Sequence record: PZ179882.1
Direction: 5' to 3' (one strand)
Origin: a phage
DNA: 64,000 nt
Shown here: positions 18,481 to 27,068 of the stretch, in pieces
Layout of the letters: every line of letters starts with the position of its first letter
Numbering within the stretch: the first letter of the stretch is position 1
Translations under genes and position numbers: made by a program
Notes under the pieces: model-generated
Databases searched by the model: none
What the model saw: only the letters and a program-made list of their open reading frames with translations
Told to the model about the DNA's origin: nothing

Positions 18481-19200
18481 TTAGGATTCTTCTAAATGTC
18501 TTTTCTGAAAAGTTGATACCATACTACGATACGGTTCATTTGGATACCCGTGTTTTATAGCTTCCTTTGTAAATTTTCTCCATCCATATTTAGTTTCTTT
18601 CCAAAGCTCGAATAATTCATCTTCATATTGCCATATAGTTAAATGAGAACGCTTTGCAGCTTTAATTCCATTAATATGCTTTTCTTTTACTACAGGATTA
18701 CTTAGTTTCTTTTTAATAATATTACTAACTTTTCTAACAAAAACTGGGTCCTTATATCGTTGCGAAGTTTTTATTGAAGTGTTTAATTTAGCTTCCGGTG
18801 TGGATGTGACCTCTTTCATCTTTTTCTTCATATGCTGTATATGATTAGGATTTTTCCATAAATTTATAGAATGCTTTTTGCATTTTATCCTAGTTTCATC
18901 TGCAACCTTTCCTCCTTCACCTCCGTATGACAGGTTAACACAGTTTTTTCCATATTTCAATTTACCTGCCATGATATATAATATTTCAGCTTGTACCATT
19001 TTATCATAATTATCAAAAACTTCTAAAACCGTTTTTGTTAATATGTGGTCATTTGACACTTTTACACGTTCTATATAATTTCCACTACCAACATACGAAT
19101 CATTGATGTTATTAGTTATATGTCGACCATAATAGTATTTCTTAATACCTGTCTTTAAATTTAATATTTCAGTTTTATAGATAGTAAAATATTTTTTCAT
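18481..19200 (-). CDS. GIY-YIG homing endonuclease (Seg-like)
   Basis: 239 aa; N-terminal TIYKTEILN...KYYYG...YVGSGNYI GIY-YIG-like motifs; basic NUMOD-like C-terminus. Confidence 0.65.
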   Translation of the reverse strand: MKKYFTIYKTEILNLKTGIKKYYYGRHITNNINDSYVGSGNYIERVKVSNDHILTKTVLEVFDNYDKMVQAEILYIMAGKLKYGKNCVNLSYGGEGGKVADETRIKCKKHSINLWKNPNHIQHMKKKMKEVTSTPEAKLNTSIKTSQRYKDPVFVRKVSNIIKKKLSNPVVKEKHINGIKAAKRSHLTIWQYEDELFELWKETKYGWRKFTKEAIKHGYPNEPYRSMVSTFQKRHLEES

Positions 19201-20165
19201 TTTAATAATACCGTTTCAGCAATTTCTTCCCAACCGTTTTTGTCGGTCATAATAAAGTCAGCAAGATAAAGAGCAGTACGCAGTGAAACATTGCGTAAAC
19301 GATTAACATTAACTTTCATCCATGATAATGCTTTATAAGTTTCTTCATCAGAAAGACCGCGCTTTTGCATCATGTCGGTTGAAAGAATAACATCTTCAAC
19401 CCTGACCATAATTTCTTCATTAGTGTGAACACCCAAATCTAAATAAACTGAGCGGGACACTAATGCTTGTAAATGTGGAGCAAGTTTAGTACCACGGTCT
19501 AATTCGCGGTCAATATCAACGTTTGTGATAAAAACAATCGTTCCTTTAAATTCAAACTCACGCTCAATGCCTTTTTCTTCTAAGTAAGAAGATGCAGTGC
19601 TCCAGCAGACTTTACGGGTCTCTCCAGTGTCCAGAGCAGCTTTTAGAAGATTAAGAATGTCCATATCAGAGAAAACATCCACATCATCAATCAAAAGGAC
19701 AGAATTCTCTTCACGATTATTCCAAAGCTGCTCATAAAGACCAATACCAGAGATTTTACCATTAATGCTTTTATATTCAATGTATCCATTATCATTTGCT
19801 TTATTTAAAGCTTTATCTAAAGAATACGTTTTACCAATACCTGCTGCGCCAGAGATAATTAATGAACGAATATTTCCATTAATAATACCATTCGTCATCA
19901 TTCCCATAACATTAAATCTTTTATTAATGCGGGTTTTCATATCTTCATATGATTCTTTAACTTCTTCAACTTTTACACCATCATATGAAATATCTGATTT
20001 GTAAACCCAAACACCGCGACGTTTACCGTCAATTTCAACAAAAACTTTACCATCTCCTTGTGCATCTACCGGAGCATTATCTGGGAACCATTCGCCTAAG
20101 AGCTCAAAAGTTCCAGAGATTTCTTTACCGAAGTAGATACCCTTATTGATAGTTACAGTTTTCAT
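19197..20165 (-). CDS. P-loop NTPase
   Basis: Walker A GAAGIGKT and Walker B LLIDDVD; ATG at 20165 with GGAG RBS (track start 20183 is GTG); 322 aa. Confidence 0.65.
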   Translation of the reverse strand: MKTVTINKGIYFGKEISGTFELLGEWFPDNAPVDAQGDGKVFVEIDGKRRGVWVYKSDISYDGVKVEEVKESYEDMKTRINKRFNVMGMMTNGIINGNIRSLIISGAAGIGKTYSLDKALNKANDNGYIEYKSINGKISGIGLYEQLWNNREENSVLLIDDVDVFSDMDILNLLKAALDTGETRKVCWSTASSYLEEKGIEREFEFKGTIVFITNVDIDRELDRGTKLAPHLQALVSRSVYLDLGVHTNEEIMVRVEDVILSTDMMQKRGLSDEETYKALSWMKVNVNRLRNVSLRTALYLADFIMTDKNGWEEIAETVLLK

Positions 20166-20201
20166 TTTATTCTCCAATTTCACATTTGTTTTGATAGGGT
20201 A

Positions 20202-20231
20202 ATAGTATCACACTACTACCCTGCTGTAAAC
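20202..20231 (-). promoter_or_regulatory. T4 early-type promoter upstream of the P-loop NTPase
   Basis: GTTTAC 20231..20226, TACTAT 20207..20202. Confidence 0.55.
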
Positions 20232-20234
20232 AAT

Positions 20235-20498
20235 TTATTTTAATGTTTGCCAAATTTTTACTGCTTCGCGACGAGATACTTCTACAGCTCCAAGTTCTAC
20301 AGCTTTTTGGCGTCGCCGAGCGTGTAAGTCATAATGTTTAATGCGTTTATCTTGAAACCAAGAACGTTTCATTCCTATTGCTTCTGCCATTTCGTGAAGC
20401 TCTTCAATATCTCCATCAGTGAACATATGACAATTTTTAGTTGGATGACCGCGAAGTTTCCATCCATGATTCATTAAAACATCTACGTAAACTGTCAT
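20235..20498 (-). CDS. Hypothetical small protein (MTVYVD...HGW motif)
   Basis: ORF track 87 aa. Confidence 0.5.
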   Translation of the reverse strand: MTVYVDVLMNHGWKLRGHPTKNCHMFTDGDIEELHEMAEAIGMKRSWFQDKRIKHYDLHARRRQKAVELGAVEVSRREAVKIWQTLK

Positions 20499-20644
20499 TG
20501 ATTCTTCTCCAAATAAGTTTCGATAATTTTCTGGGCAAGATAAACCGCGTTATCTTCAGTTGCGTCTTCTAAGAAACTTTCAAAACACTCTGAAATTTCT
20601 TCTGTATCAATCAACTTTTTTACTTCAATTGGTGTAATTTTCAT
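20495..20644 (-). CDS. Hypothetical small protein
   Basis: ORF track 20495..20713; ATG at 20644 lies downstream of promoter 20682..20711; 49 aa. Confidence 0.4.
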   Translation of the reverse strand: MKITPIEVKKLIDTEEISECFESFLEDATEDNAVYLAQKIIETYLEKNQ

Positions 20645-20681
20645 TTTGTTTTTCCGTTTAAGTGTTTGTTTTGATAGTTGT

Positions 20682-20711
20682 ATAGTACCATAAAGCTTTA
20701 TGCTTGTAAAC
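20682..20711 (-). promoter_or_regulatory. T4 early-type promoter just downstream of terminator 20735..20760
   Basis: GTTTAC 20711..20706, TACTAT 20687..20682. Confidence 0.55.
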
Positions 20712-20734
20712 AATTTTGTGAAAAATTTTTGAAA

Positions 20735-20760
20735 TAAAAAAGGGAGCCCGAAGGCTCCCT
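20735..20760 (-). terminator. Rho-independent terminator downstream of the nucleotidyltransferase gene
   Basis: GGGAGCC-TTCG-GGCTCCC hairpin followed by a six-U run on minus strand. Confidence 0.7.
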
Positions 20761-20761
20761 A

Positions 20762-21775
20762 TCATTTATAATAACTTCGGTGGTTTTCAAGATAAACCCT
20801 CTCAAGGAAGTCATCCCAAAAACCCATGTCTACTTTTTGCTGCATACCGTTCTTAGAAGCTTCAGTAGATGCTGCTTCTACTTGATCGACCACATCTTCC
20901 AAAAACTCTTGAACCGTTTTAAATGGATGTTTACCCAACTTCACGTCGAGAATAAATGGAGCATCTTGGAGTGGATAAACCAAGTCACCAGTTTTGTAAA
21001 TTTCCAATAGTTGGAGTCCACCACGGCAAGCATGACTCAGAGCTTTCCAGTCAATACCTTCATTGGCTTCGGCCTTACGAGCACGTTCACCGTATTCAGC
21101 ATCTAATTTGTTCAGTGACTGCTTAAGCTCAATAAGAGAAAGCGTTGTCTGATATTTACGACCCAACACTGTGTAGAACGTCTGTGGGCCTGTTTTCTCA
21201 TGATTATGGAACACCCATTCACAGAATTCGTTTTCTGGAAGACGATGCTTAATATCTTCAACTTTAGTACGACGCTGCTTAATAGAACCATCTTCTTGGT
21301 AATCAACCCATTTCTCAGGGATTTGATTAACTACTTTCAATACATCACGTAATGCAGCCAAACGAGAACCCTTAACGCCGTATTTAGAAGCTTGCTTACG
21401 GACATATCCTAAATAGGATTTCATGTTAGTCGTATAAAAACGAGAACGGTTGTCTTGAATAAACTTCCACACATCAGGCAAATCAGATTTAACCACTAAC
21501 TCAGGTGGAGTGTGAAGCATATCTAACGCTACAGTTTCACCATCTGCTGCTAATTTAAAGAAATATTTAAGACTATACAATTCGTGGTCAATATCATCTT
21601 TAGTGTTTTTAGATGATGTGTTGTTAGTGTTTTTACTCATATGCTCTTTAACATTTCCGATAAGAATATCACGAGCAGGAGGAACAAAGATTTCTTTAAA
21701 ATCTACATCAGATTCTGGGGTAGAAGTTCCATAAAGATGACTACCAAAATAGCTTTTCATTACTGTTTTCATCAT
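20762..21775 (-). CDS. Polymerase-beta-superfamily nucleotidyltransferase
   Basis: 337 aa; N-terminal GSHLYGTSTPESDVDF fits hG[GS]x9-13Dh[DE]h; ATGA overlap with upstream membrane ORF; strong terminator directly downstream. Confidence 0.6.
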   Translation of the reverse strand: MMKTVMKSYFGSHLYGTSTPESDVDFKEIFVPPARDILIGNVKEHMSKNTNNTSSKNTKDDIDHELYSLKYFFKLAADGETVALDMLHTPPELVVKSDLPDVWKFIQDNRSRFYTTNMKSYLGYVRKQASKYGVKGSRLAALRDVLKVVNQIPEKWVDYQEDGSIKQRRTKVEDIKHRLPENEFCEWVFHNHEKTGPQTFYTVLGRKYQTTLSLIELKQSLNKLDAEYGERARKAEANEGIDWKALSHACRGGLQLLEIYKTGDLVYPLQDAPFILDVKLGKHPFKTVQEFLEDVVDQVEAASTEASKNGMQQKVDMGFWDDFLERVYLENHRSYYK

Positions 21776-22233
21776 TCAGCCTTATATTCAATAACAGGAC
21801 ATACTTTAGCTTTACGAGCTTTTAAAAATTCAACGATAACCGATTTCTTGGGTTGAATAGGAGGTAAACCTTTATACGCCCTATCAATATTTTCTACGTG
21901 TAAAGCATAATCCTTTTTCCATTTATAATCTTTATATTTTTCACGCAGTTGTGCAGGAATAACAAATGAACCGATAATAAGTAAAACAACCAAAAGTGCA
22001 AGTATAAATGCCGATGGAAGAAGAGTCCATAAACTACCAAAAATAAGCCATTTCTGTATGATTTCTGCACAGATAATAGTTAGACCTGCGAGTATAGTAC
22101 ATCCGAAAAAAGAAACGAAAAATGTAGGGATAACAATAGACCAAAAGTATGCACACAGTGTCTTAGGTCGTTTCCATTCGTCGTTAAACAGTTTGAATAA
22201 TTTATAGTGCCAAGAGTTTTCATTAATAATCAT
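21772..22233 (-). CDS. Membrane protein (about three TM segments)
   Basis: 153 aa; long hydrophobic stretches; translationally coupled to the nucleotidyltransferase. Confidence 0.55.
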   Translation of the reverse strand: MIINENSWHYKLFKLFNDEWKRPKTLCAYFWSIVIPTFFVSFFGCTILAGLTIICAEIIQKWLIFGSLWTLLPSAFILALLVVLLIIGSFVIPAQLREKYKDYKWKKDYALHVENIDRAYKGLPPIQPKKSVIVEFLKARKAKVCPVIEYKAE

Positions 22234-22235
22234 AA

Positions 22236-22757
22236 TTATCCTTTCATTGAAGGTGTAACAGTTGTTAAATACTTAATCATAGCTTCAGCTTCTGATTTTG
22301 ATAATGAAATTTCTTCATTGTTTTGACGAATAGAAATAAAATCCGGATGACGGTCACCACCAGCTTTTAAAACACACATATAAGTATCAGTTTCATCTTC
22401 AATATCTGAAATGATTGAAGCAGTTCCACATGAATGTGGTTTTTGATAAATCAATACAGCTTTTCTTCCACCGTTTGACTGTTCATAAACTTTTAACACA
22501 TCAAACAAATCGCTTCTTTTATCAATAGCTAAGATGTTGTTTTCATCTTCAATATTAAATCCTTCGGATACTTCATAAAGTGTCACCCATAAATCACCAA
22601 TATCAATAACAGCGTTCACTTTTCCATGACTTTCAAGAGCATTACAAATTTTCTTAATTTCATCATAACTCATTTTAATAATATCATCTCCTTGAATAAG
22701 GAAGATGTCATTTTTAAATTCAACACGAATTAAACCACTTCCACTTGAAATAAACAT
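22236..22757 (-). CDS. Hypothetical protein, paralog of 22764..23297
   Basis: 173 aa; C-terminus EAEAMIKYLTTVTPSM resembles DEAIALKTYLDSVIPTM of neighbour. Confidence 0.55.
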   Translation of the reverse strand: MFISSGSGLIRVEFKNDIFLIQGDDIIKMSYDEIKKICNALESHGKVNAVIDIGDLWVTLYEVSEGFNIEDENNILAIDKRSDLFDVLKVYEQSNGGRKAVLIYQKPHSCGTASIISDIEDETDTYMCVLKAGGDRHPDFISIRQNNEEISLSKSEAEAMIKYLTTVTPSMKG

Positions 22758-22763
22758 ATTTCC

Positions 22764-23297
22764 TCACTTTGAAATCATAGTTGGAATGACAGAATCGAGA
22801 TAAGTCTTTAGCGCAATAGCTTCGTCTTTGGTAAATGTGACAATATACGATCGAAAATCATCAATTTGACGAATAGTTAAGACATCACCATCTTCATAGC
22901 ATTTTGATACGTTTAAAACAGTTTCATCATTCTGATTGCAAGCGTTAGTAATAATAGCATTGCAATTTTTGAGCCATTTTAAACTATGTTTTCTTTCATT
23001 AGAATAATAAAAATATTTAATCTTATCTATAAAACTATCCCAATGGATAACTGATAAACACATTGACTCACTTTTAATATTAAATCCTGGGCATGAAGAA
23101 TAAAAATGAATTTTGTGCTCATCATTGATGCTTACTATTTTATCAGTATAAGGATATTCAATTTGGGTTAAATGAATGATTTCACTAGGCGTAAAATATA
23201 GCATATCGTCTTCTTGTGTCAAACGATACATATTATTTACTTTTTCTATAGCTAATTCACCAAAAAGCGGACTAACTTCTAATACTAATCGTTTCAT
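22764..23297 (-). CDS. Hypothetical protein, paralog of 22236..22757
   Basis: ORF track 22764..23321 starts at GTG; ATG at 23297; 177 aa. Confidence 0.55.
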   Translation of the reverse strand: MKRLVLEVSPLFGELAIEKVNNMYRLTQEDDMLYFTPSEIIHLTQIEYPYTDKIVSINDEHKIHFYSSCPGFNIKSESMCLSVIHWDSFIDKIKYFYYSNERKHSLKWLKNCNAIITNACNQNDETVLNVSKCYEDGDVLTIRQIDDFRSYIVTFTKDEAIALKTYLDSVIPTMISK

Positions 23298-23445
23298 ATT
23301 GATTCTCTTCGACTCACCCACAATTACATACTCCTTTGAATAATATCAATAATGTTGTTCACCAGATTATAAGTAAACATTGGATAATTATATTGAATCA
23401 TCACATACACAACAAACAAAACTTTCATTCTCTTCTCCTTGGCAG

Positions 23446-23477
23446 TTGGCAAGATTACTATATCATAATCTTGCCAA
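23446..23477. repeat. Inverted repeat TTGGCAAGATTA(8 nt)TAATCTTGCCAA
   Basis: 12-bp perfect arms spanning the spacer/-10 region of promoter 23457..23486. Confidence 0.5.
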
Positions 23478-23486
23478 CTTGTAAAC
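23457..23486 (-). promoter_or_regulatory. T4 early-type promoter heading the four-gene cassette 23297 to 20762
   Basis: GTTTAC 23486..23481, TATAGT 23462..23457; overlaps a 12-bp-arm inverted repeat. Confidence 0.5.
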
Positions 23487-23488
23487 CA

Positions 23489-23635
23489 TTAAATGACGTT
23501 TTCAATAAAATTCTGAAGCTTTGTGTGAGCATCAACCATGATTTTCAATTCTTCTTTAGCGAAAGCTGTACCTCTTTCCCGAGCAGAATACTCATAGTCA
23601 GAAACTGCATTAGCATATTCTTCAATTAGCTTCAT
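23489..23635 (-). CDS. Small ORF (48 aa)
   Basis: Found by eye in gap between track ORFs; ATG 23635, TAA 23489. Confidence 0.3.
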   Translation of the reverse strand: MKLIEEYANAVSDYEYSARERGTAFAKEELKIMVDAHTKLQNFIENVI

Positions 23636-23651
23636 TAAAAACATCTGCTTT

Positions 23652-23846
23652 TCAGTTTTCATTATTCCACCTAATCATTTCAAGATATTGAACTAACTTA
23701 GCTTTGGATTTATCCAAATCCTTTTTAGCTGCTTCTATACCGTCGTATGAATATCCTTCACAATGCTCAACTGCTAATTGGTATGAATCTATTTCAATAT
23801 CACGTGCTAATTTAATAATTTTTTCAAACTGTTCACGTGTTAGCAT
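23652..23846 (-). CDS. Hypothetical protein
   Basis: ORF track 64 aa. Confidence 0.45.
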   Translation of the reverse strand: MLTREQFEKIIKLARDIEIDSYQLAVEHCEGYSYDGIEAAKKDLDKSKAKLVQYLEMIRWNNEN

Positions 23847-23848
23847 AA

Positions 23849-24067
23849 TTAAACTCTCGTATTATGATCGATAATTTCATCAAGAAACATATCTAACGCT
23901 TCTAAAGCATTATCAACTTTAGCTTCAAATTCTTCAATACCTGATAAGGCAAAGTTAATGCGTTCCTCATCTGCTTTGCGAATTAAAGCTACCAATTCTT
24001 TAATTTTATCTGCTTGTTCAATGCTAGTCATTATTCCACCACATATGAAAGAGAGAATATTGCACAC
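23849..24067 (-). CDS. Hypothetical protein
   Basis: ORF track 72 aa. Confidence 0.4.
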   Translation of the reverse strand: MCNILSFICGGIMTSIEQADKIKELVALIRKADEERINFALSGIEEFEAKVDNALEALDMFLDEIIDHNTRV

Positions 24068-24264
24068 GCCATATGAGTTGCAGCTTCATCACACATATCA
24101 TAACGTTTCTTAAGAAGTTCTACAAGTTCTTCACTAGTAACTTCATCCATGTCGACGAAAAAATCACCATTAATGATGACGTAGATATTTCCTTCTTGAT
24201 TGAGTGCTTCAATTTTCATGATGTTCTCCTCTTTATCCGATGGTTGTATAGTATCACAGCTCAA
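24031..24264 (-). CDS. Hypothetical protein
   Basis: ORF track 77 aa; downstream of promoter 24248..24277 if internal start is used. Confidence 0.4.
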   Translation of the reverse strand: MSCDTIQPSDKEENIMKIEALNQEGNIYVIINGDFFVDMDEVTSEELVELLKKRYDMCDEAATHMACAIFSLSYVVE

Positions 24265-24277
24265 ATTGAAAGTAAAC
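24248..24277 (-). promoter_or_regulatory. T4 early-type promoter
   Basis: GTTTAC 24277..24272, TACTAT 24253..24248. Confidence 0.55.
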
Positions 24278-24314
24278 TGGTAAAATGAAAAAAGTCTCCC
24301 GAAGGAGACTAATG

Positions 24315-24701
24315 TTATTCGAGGGAAAGAAGATATTTGCTCTGGTAAAACATCCCAGTAATATCATCTATCGTGCTTTGAATGGCTGGAGGCATTTCTT
24401 TATAAATGCTGTTAGATTGGTCTAGTATGCGATCAATCATTTTAATTGTGTCGGTAGGAAGTTTACTGGCATCCGGAATTGACGGCGTGTATTTTCTACC
24501 AGAATACCCCAAATATTGCTCACCAAATTTATCAATCAAATCTGGCAACTCAGAGAAAATAAAATCGTATGCTTTGTGTCTAGCATAACTTTTAGTTTCA
24601 AAATGCGCAGAATGAAAATAAGCTTGTGCAGCCATTAATAAACCTAAGTATTCATCTGCCTTTGAAGGTTTTCCACTTTGTGAAAAGTCGCTGAATTTCA
24701 T
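24315..24701 (-). CDS. Hypothetical protein adjacent to rI
   Basis: ORF track 128 aa; ATGA overlap with rI stop. Confidence 0.55.
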   Translation of the reverse strand: MKFSDFSQSGKPSKADEYLGLLMAAQAYFHSAHFETKSYARHKAYDFIFSELPDLIDKFGEQYLGYSGRKYTPSIPDASKLPTDTIKMIDRILDQSNSIYKEMPPAIQSTIDDITGMFYQSKYLLSLE

Positions 24702-24991
24702 TCAGTCTCCAATTTAATGTTCATAATTCTAGCGTATGATTGTGCCATCTCCGCGCCTCGCTCTATACATTCAAAATCGGAAGAGCACGGGTCATTTTTA
24801 TAAGTCGTTCGCATAAAACTATAGAACTGTTCAGATGATTCTACGCTTTTATTTTCAAAAAGCATATAAACGTGTCTAATACCAGATTCCATAAATTTAT
24901 CAAAATGAGGATCGACATTCGCTTCAATCGGTGGAGATAAAGCAAACGCTAATCCTAGCATGGCAAATAGTGCCGTTGCTTTTAAGGCCAT
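24698..24991 (-). CDS. rI: Lysis-inhibition regulator RI
   Basis: 97 aa; MALKATALFAMLGL...DPHFDKFMESGIRHVYMLFENK matches T4 RI. Confidence 0.9.
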   Translation of the reverse strand: MALKATALFAMLGLAFALSPPIEANVDPHFDKFMESGIRHVYMLFENKSVESSEQFYSFMRTTYKNDPCSSDFECIERGAEMAQSYARIMNIKLETE

Positions 24992-25003
24992 AAAGGCCTC
25001 CTA

Positions 25004-25216
25004 TCATTTTTGTCCTGTATTTACTTTATGCCGATGCACGGCCTTAACTTTATCAAGGTATTTTTCAAAATTTCGCAATCTAGTATAGTCTGCCGGAGAT
25101 TGGTTGAGTGATACTTCTCGACGCAAAGCTGAAATGATATTTCCAACTTCCCTACGAATTTCATCTAATTGAAGAACAGTAAGATTGCGAAGTTGCTTTT
25201 CAGTTAATTGTAGCAT
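25004..25216 (-). CDS. Hypothetical protein
   Basis: ORF track 70 aa. Confidence 0.5.
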
Positions 25217-25258
25217 ATATACCCCTTTAGTTAGATAAACCTATTTATAACTTTTGCA

Positions 25259-25840
25259 CTAACCGAGCTTTTTAGTTAATTCATTCCAATGTTTTCTACA
25301 CAAAGAAACATAAATTTCATCACCAATACAGATTTGATTACCTTCTTTAACTGGTGTTCCATCTTCCATTAATCGAGCTGTCATAATAGCTTTTTTACCA
25401 CAATGACAAACTGCCTTTAGTTCAATAAGTTTATCTGCAATCGCCAAAAGTTCTTTAGAACCTTCAAATAATTTTCCAGCGAAATCAGTCCTTAGCCCAT
25501 AAGCCATAACAGGAACATTATATGTATCGACAATTCGGCTTAATTGATGCACCTGTTCAGTTTTTAAAAACTGGGCTTCATCTACAAATACACAATGAAT
25601 ATCTTTTTGTGCTTCAGCCCATTTATAGAACTCAAAAATATCCATATCATCCGTAATAATATTCGCTTCCTGTTTAATTCCAATGCGAGAAACGACTTCA
25701 CAGACAGAATCACGAGTATCAATAGCAGGCTTAAGAACTAATACACCCATTCCGCGTTCTTTGTAATTATGTGCAGCAGTCAAAAGAGAAGCAGATTTTC
25801 CAGCATTCATTGCTGCGTAAGTAAAAATTAAACTCGCCAT
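25259..25840 (-). CDS. tk: Thymidine kinase
   Basis: 193 aa; P-loop AAMNAGKS and zinc-binding CHCGK...C motifs; matches T4 Tk. Confidence 0.92.
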   Translation of the reverse strand: MASLIFTYAAMNAGKSASLLTAAHNYKERGMGVLVLKPAIDTRDSVCEVVSRIGIKQEANIITDDMDIFEFYKWAEAQKDIHCVFVDEAQFLKTEQVHQLSRIVDTYNVPVMAYGLRTDFAGKLFEGSKELLAIADKLIELKAVCHCGKKAIMTARLMEDGTPVKEGNQICIGDEIYVSLCRKHWNELTKKLG

Positions 25841-25849
25841 ATCACCTTC

Positions 25850-26035
25850 TTAAAGCGTATTCACATAAGCTATTAATTCGTTTTCTTTCTTATCAAACCG
25901 ATCAGCAAATTCTTCTTGCTGATCGGGAGATAGCGGGCCGTATTCATCATAAAAGGTGTTTGCTTCTGTATGCTCATCTAGAAGTTCATGGATAAGCTCA
26001 AACAATTTATCTTTTTGTTCTTTACTCAGACTCAT
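25850..26035 (-). CDS. Hypothetical acidic protein
   Basis: ORF track 61 aa. Confidence 0.5.
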   Translation of the reverse strand: MSLSKEQKDKLFELIHELLDEHTEANTFYDEYGPLSPDQQEEFADRFDKKENELIAYVNTL

Positions 26036-26201
26036 ATATTAATTTCCAGGAGTTTTAAAATAATTCGCTTTTGCTTAAATATTTCCATAGTTAAATGACC
26101 AGTATCTTTTTGACCGATTCCAATGGCAAAACCTTTATTGACAGCGAGTTCAATTAAATTATCAAGCTCACATAACACTTCATATTGTAACTCAAAACTA
26201 T

Positions 26202-26429
26202 TCATTTTGGTTTACCTTCTTTAACGAAATCAGGATAAGGATAAAATCCTGAATAAAATCCTTCGCCTTTATGATTGACGCATCCTTTATTAGAGCAATA
26301 GCACCAATAATCGAAATCACAAGCCATTTCATCATTACATAAAGCAAAAACAACTGGCCATTCACACTTTTCGCAGTGGGCATTTTTAAGAATACTAGTT
26401 TGGCTCATAACCATGTAACCTTTAAACAA
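26202..26429 (-). CDS. Cys-rich small protein
   Basis: ORF track 75 aa; 11 cysteines; preferred over overlapping hydrophobic frame 26198..26383. Confidence 0.45.
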   Translation of the reverse strand: MFKGYMVMSQTSILKNAHCEKCEWPVVFALCNDEMACDFDYWCYCSNKGCVNHKGEGFYSGFYPYPDFVKEGKPK

Positions 26430-26617
26430 TATTCTTCTACATGTTGTTTACGACCTTTCCTATCAATAAAGGTATATTCAACGAATGTTCCAATATAGTC
26501 TTTATCTACATCATGTGGACTATTAATTGGGCATTTAGTACGGCAAATGCGTTCCCATTGACGAATAATTTCCACTTTGTTTTTAGGATCAAACGGATGC
26601 GGGTAATGTACTTTCAT
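26405..26617 (-). CDS. Hypothetical protein
   Basis: ORF track 70 aa. Confidence 0.45.
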   Translation of the reverse strand: MKVHYPHPFDPKNKVEIIRQWERICRTKCPINSPHDVDKDYIGTFVEYTFIDRKGRKQHVEEYCLKVTWL

Positions 26618-27068
26618 AATCCACCACTATTAAATCAATATCAGGAGTAAACATGTCGATTAATTTAGAAACCTTATCCCAATCGCCGCCAGCAATACCG
26701 CAACCTATGCGTGGAATGTAAATTACTGGTTTAAACAAAAGGGTTTCTGCCTGTAGATTTAATTCTATCATGCAGTTTACTAAAGCACCATAATCAAGAT
26801 TAGGACCCGGTTCGTATTGCGTATACAGGTTATAGCATATACCAAATCCTGTAGGATTATGTTTAAAAACAATAGACATATCACCTAATTTATCACGAGA
26901 ACCGTACTCGGTAGTGGTTTTATCTATTTCTAAAATTTTGGGATAGGCTCTTGCTAATTGACCTGCTACGCCAGAGCCCATTGTGTGGAAGCAATTACAC
27001 CCGTGCGCAATAATATTACCTTGAAGAAATAGGGCGACAATATCGCCCTTGATATATTTTACAATCAT
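26589..27068 (-). CDS. Macro-domain-like protein
   Basis: 159 aa; GDI...IIAHGCNCFHTMGSGVAGQL and IPRIGCGIAGG parallel the macro-domain N-terminal and FP-ISTG motifs. Confidence 0.55.
   Translation of the reverse strand: MIVKYIKGDIVALFLQGNIIAHGCNCFHTMGSGVAGQLARAYPKILEIDKTTTEYGSRDKLGDMSIVFKHNPTGFGICYNLYTQYEPGPNLDYGALVNCMIELNLQAETLLFKPVIYIPRIGCGIAGGDWDKVSKLIDMFTPDIDLIVVDYESTLPASV

Noticed and set aside
26198-26383. 61-aa hydrophobic minus-strand ORF
   Set aside because: Alternative frame of the Cys-rich ORF 26202..26429; only one can be real and the Cys-rich frame links better to neighbours. Confidence in this choice is low.
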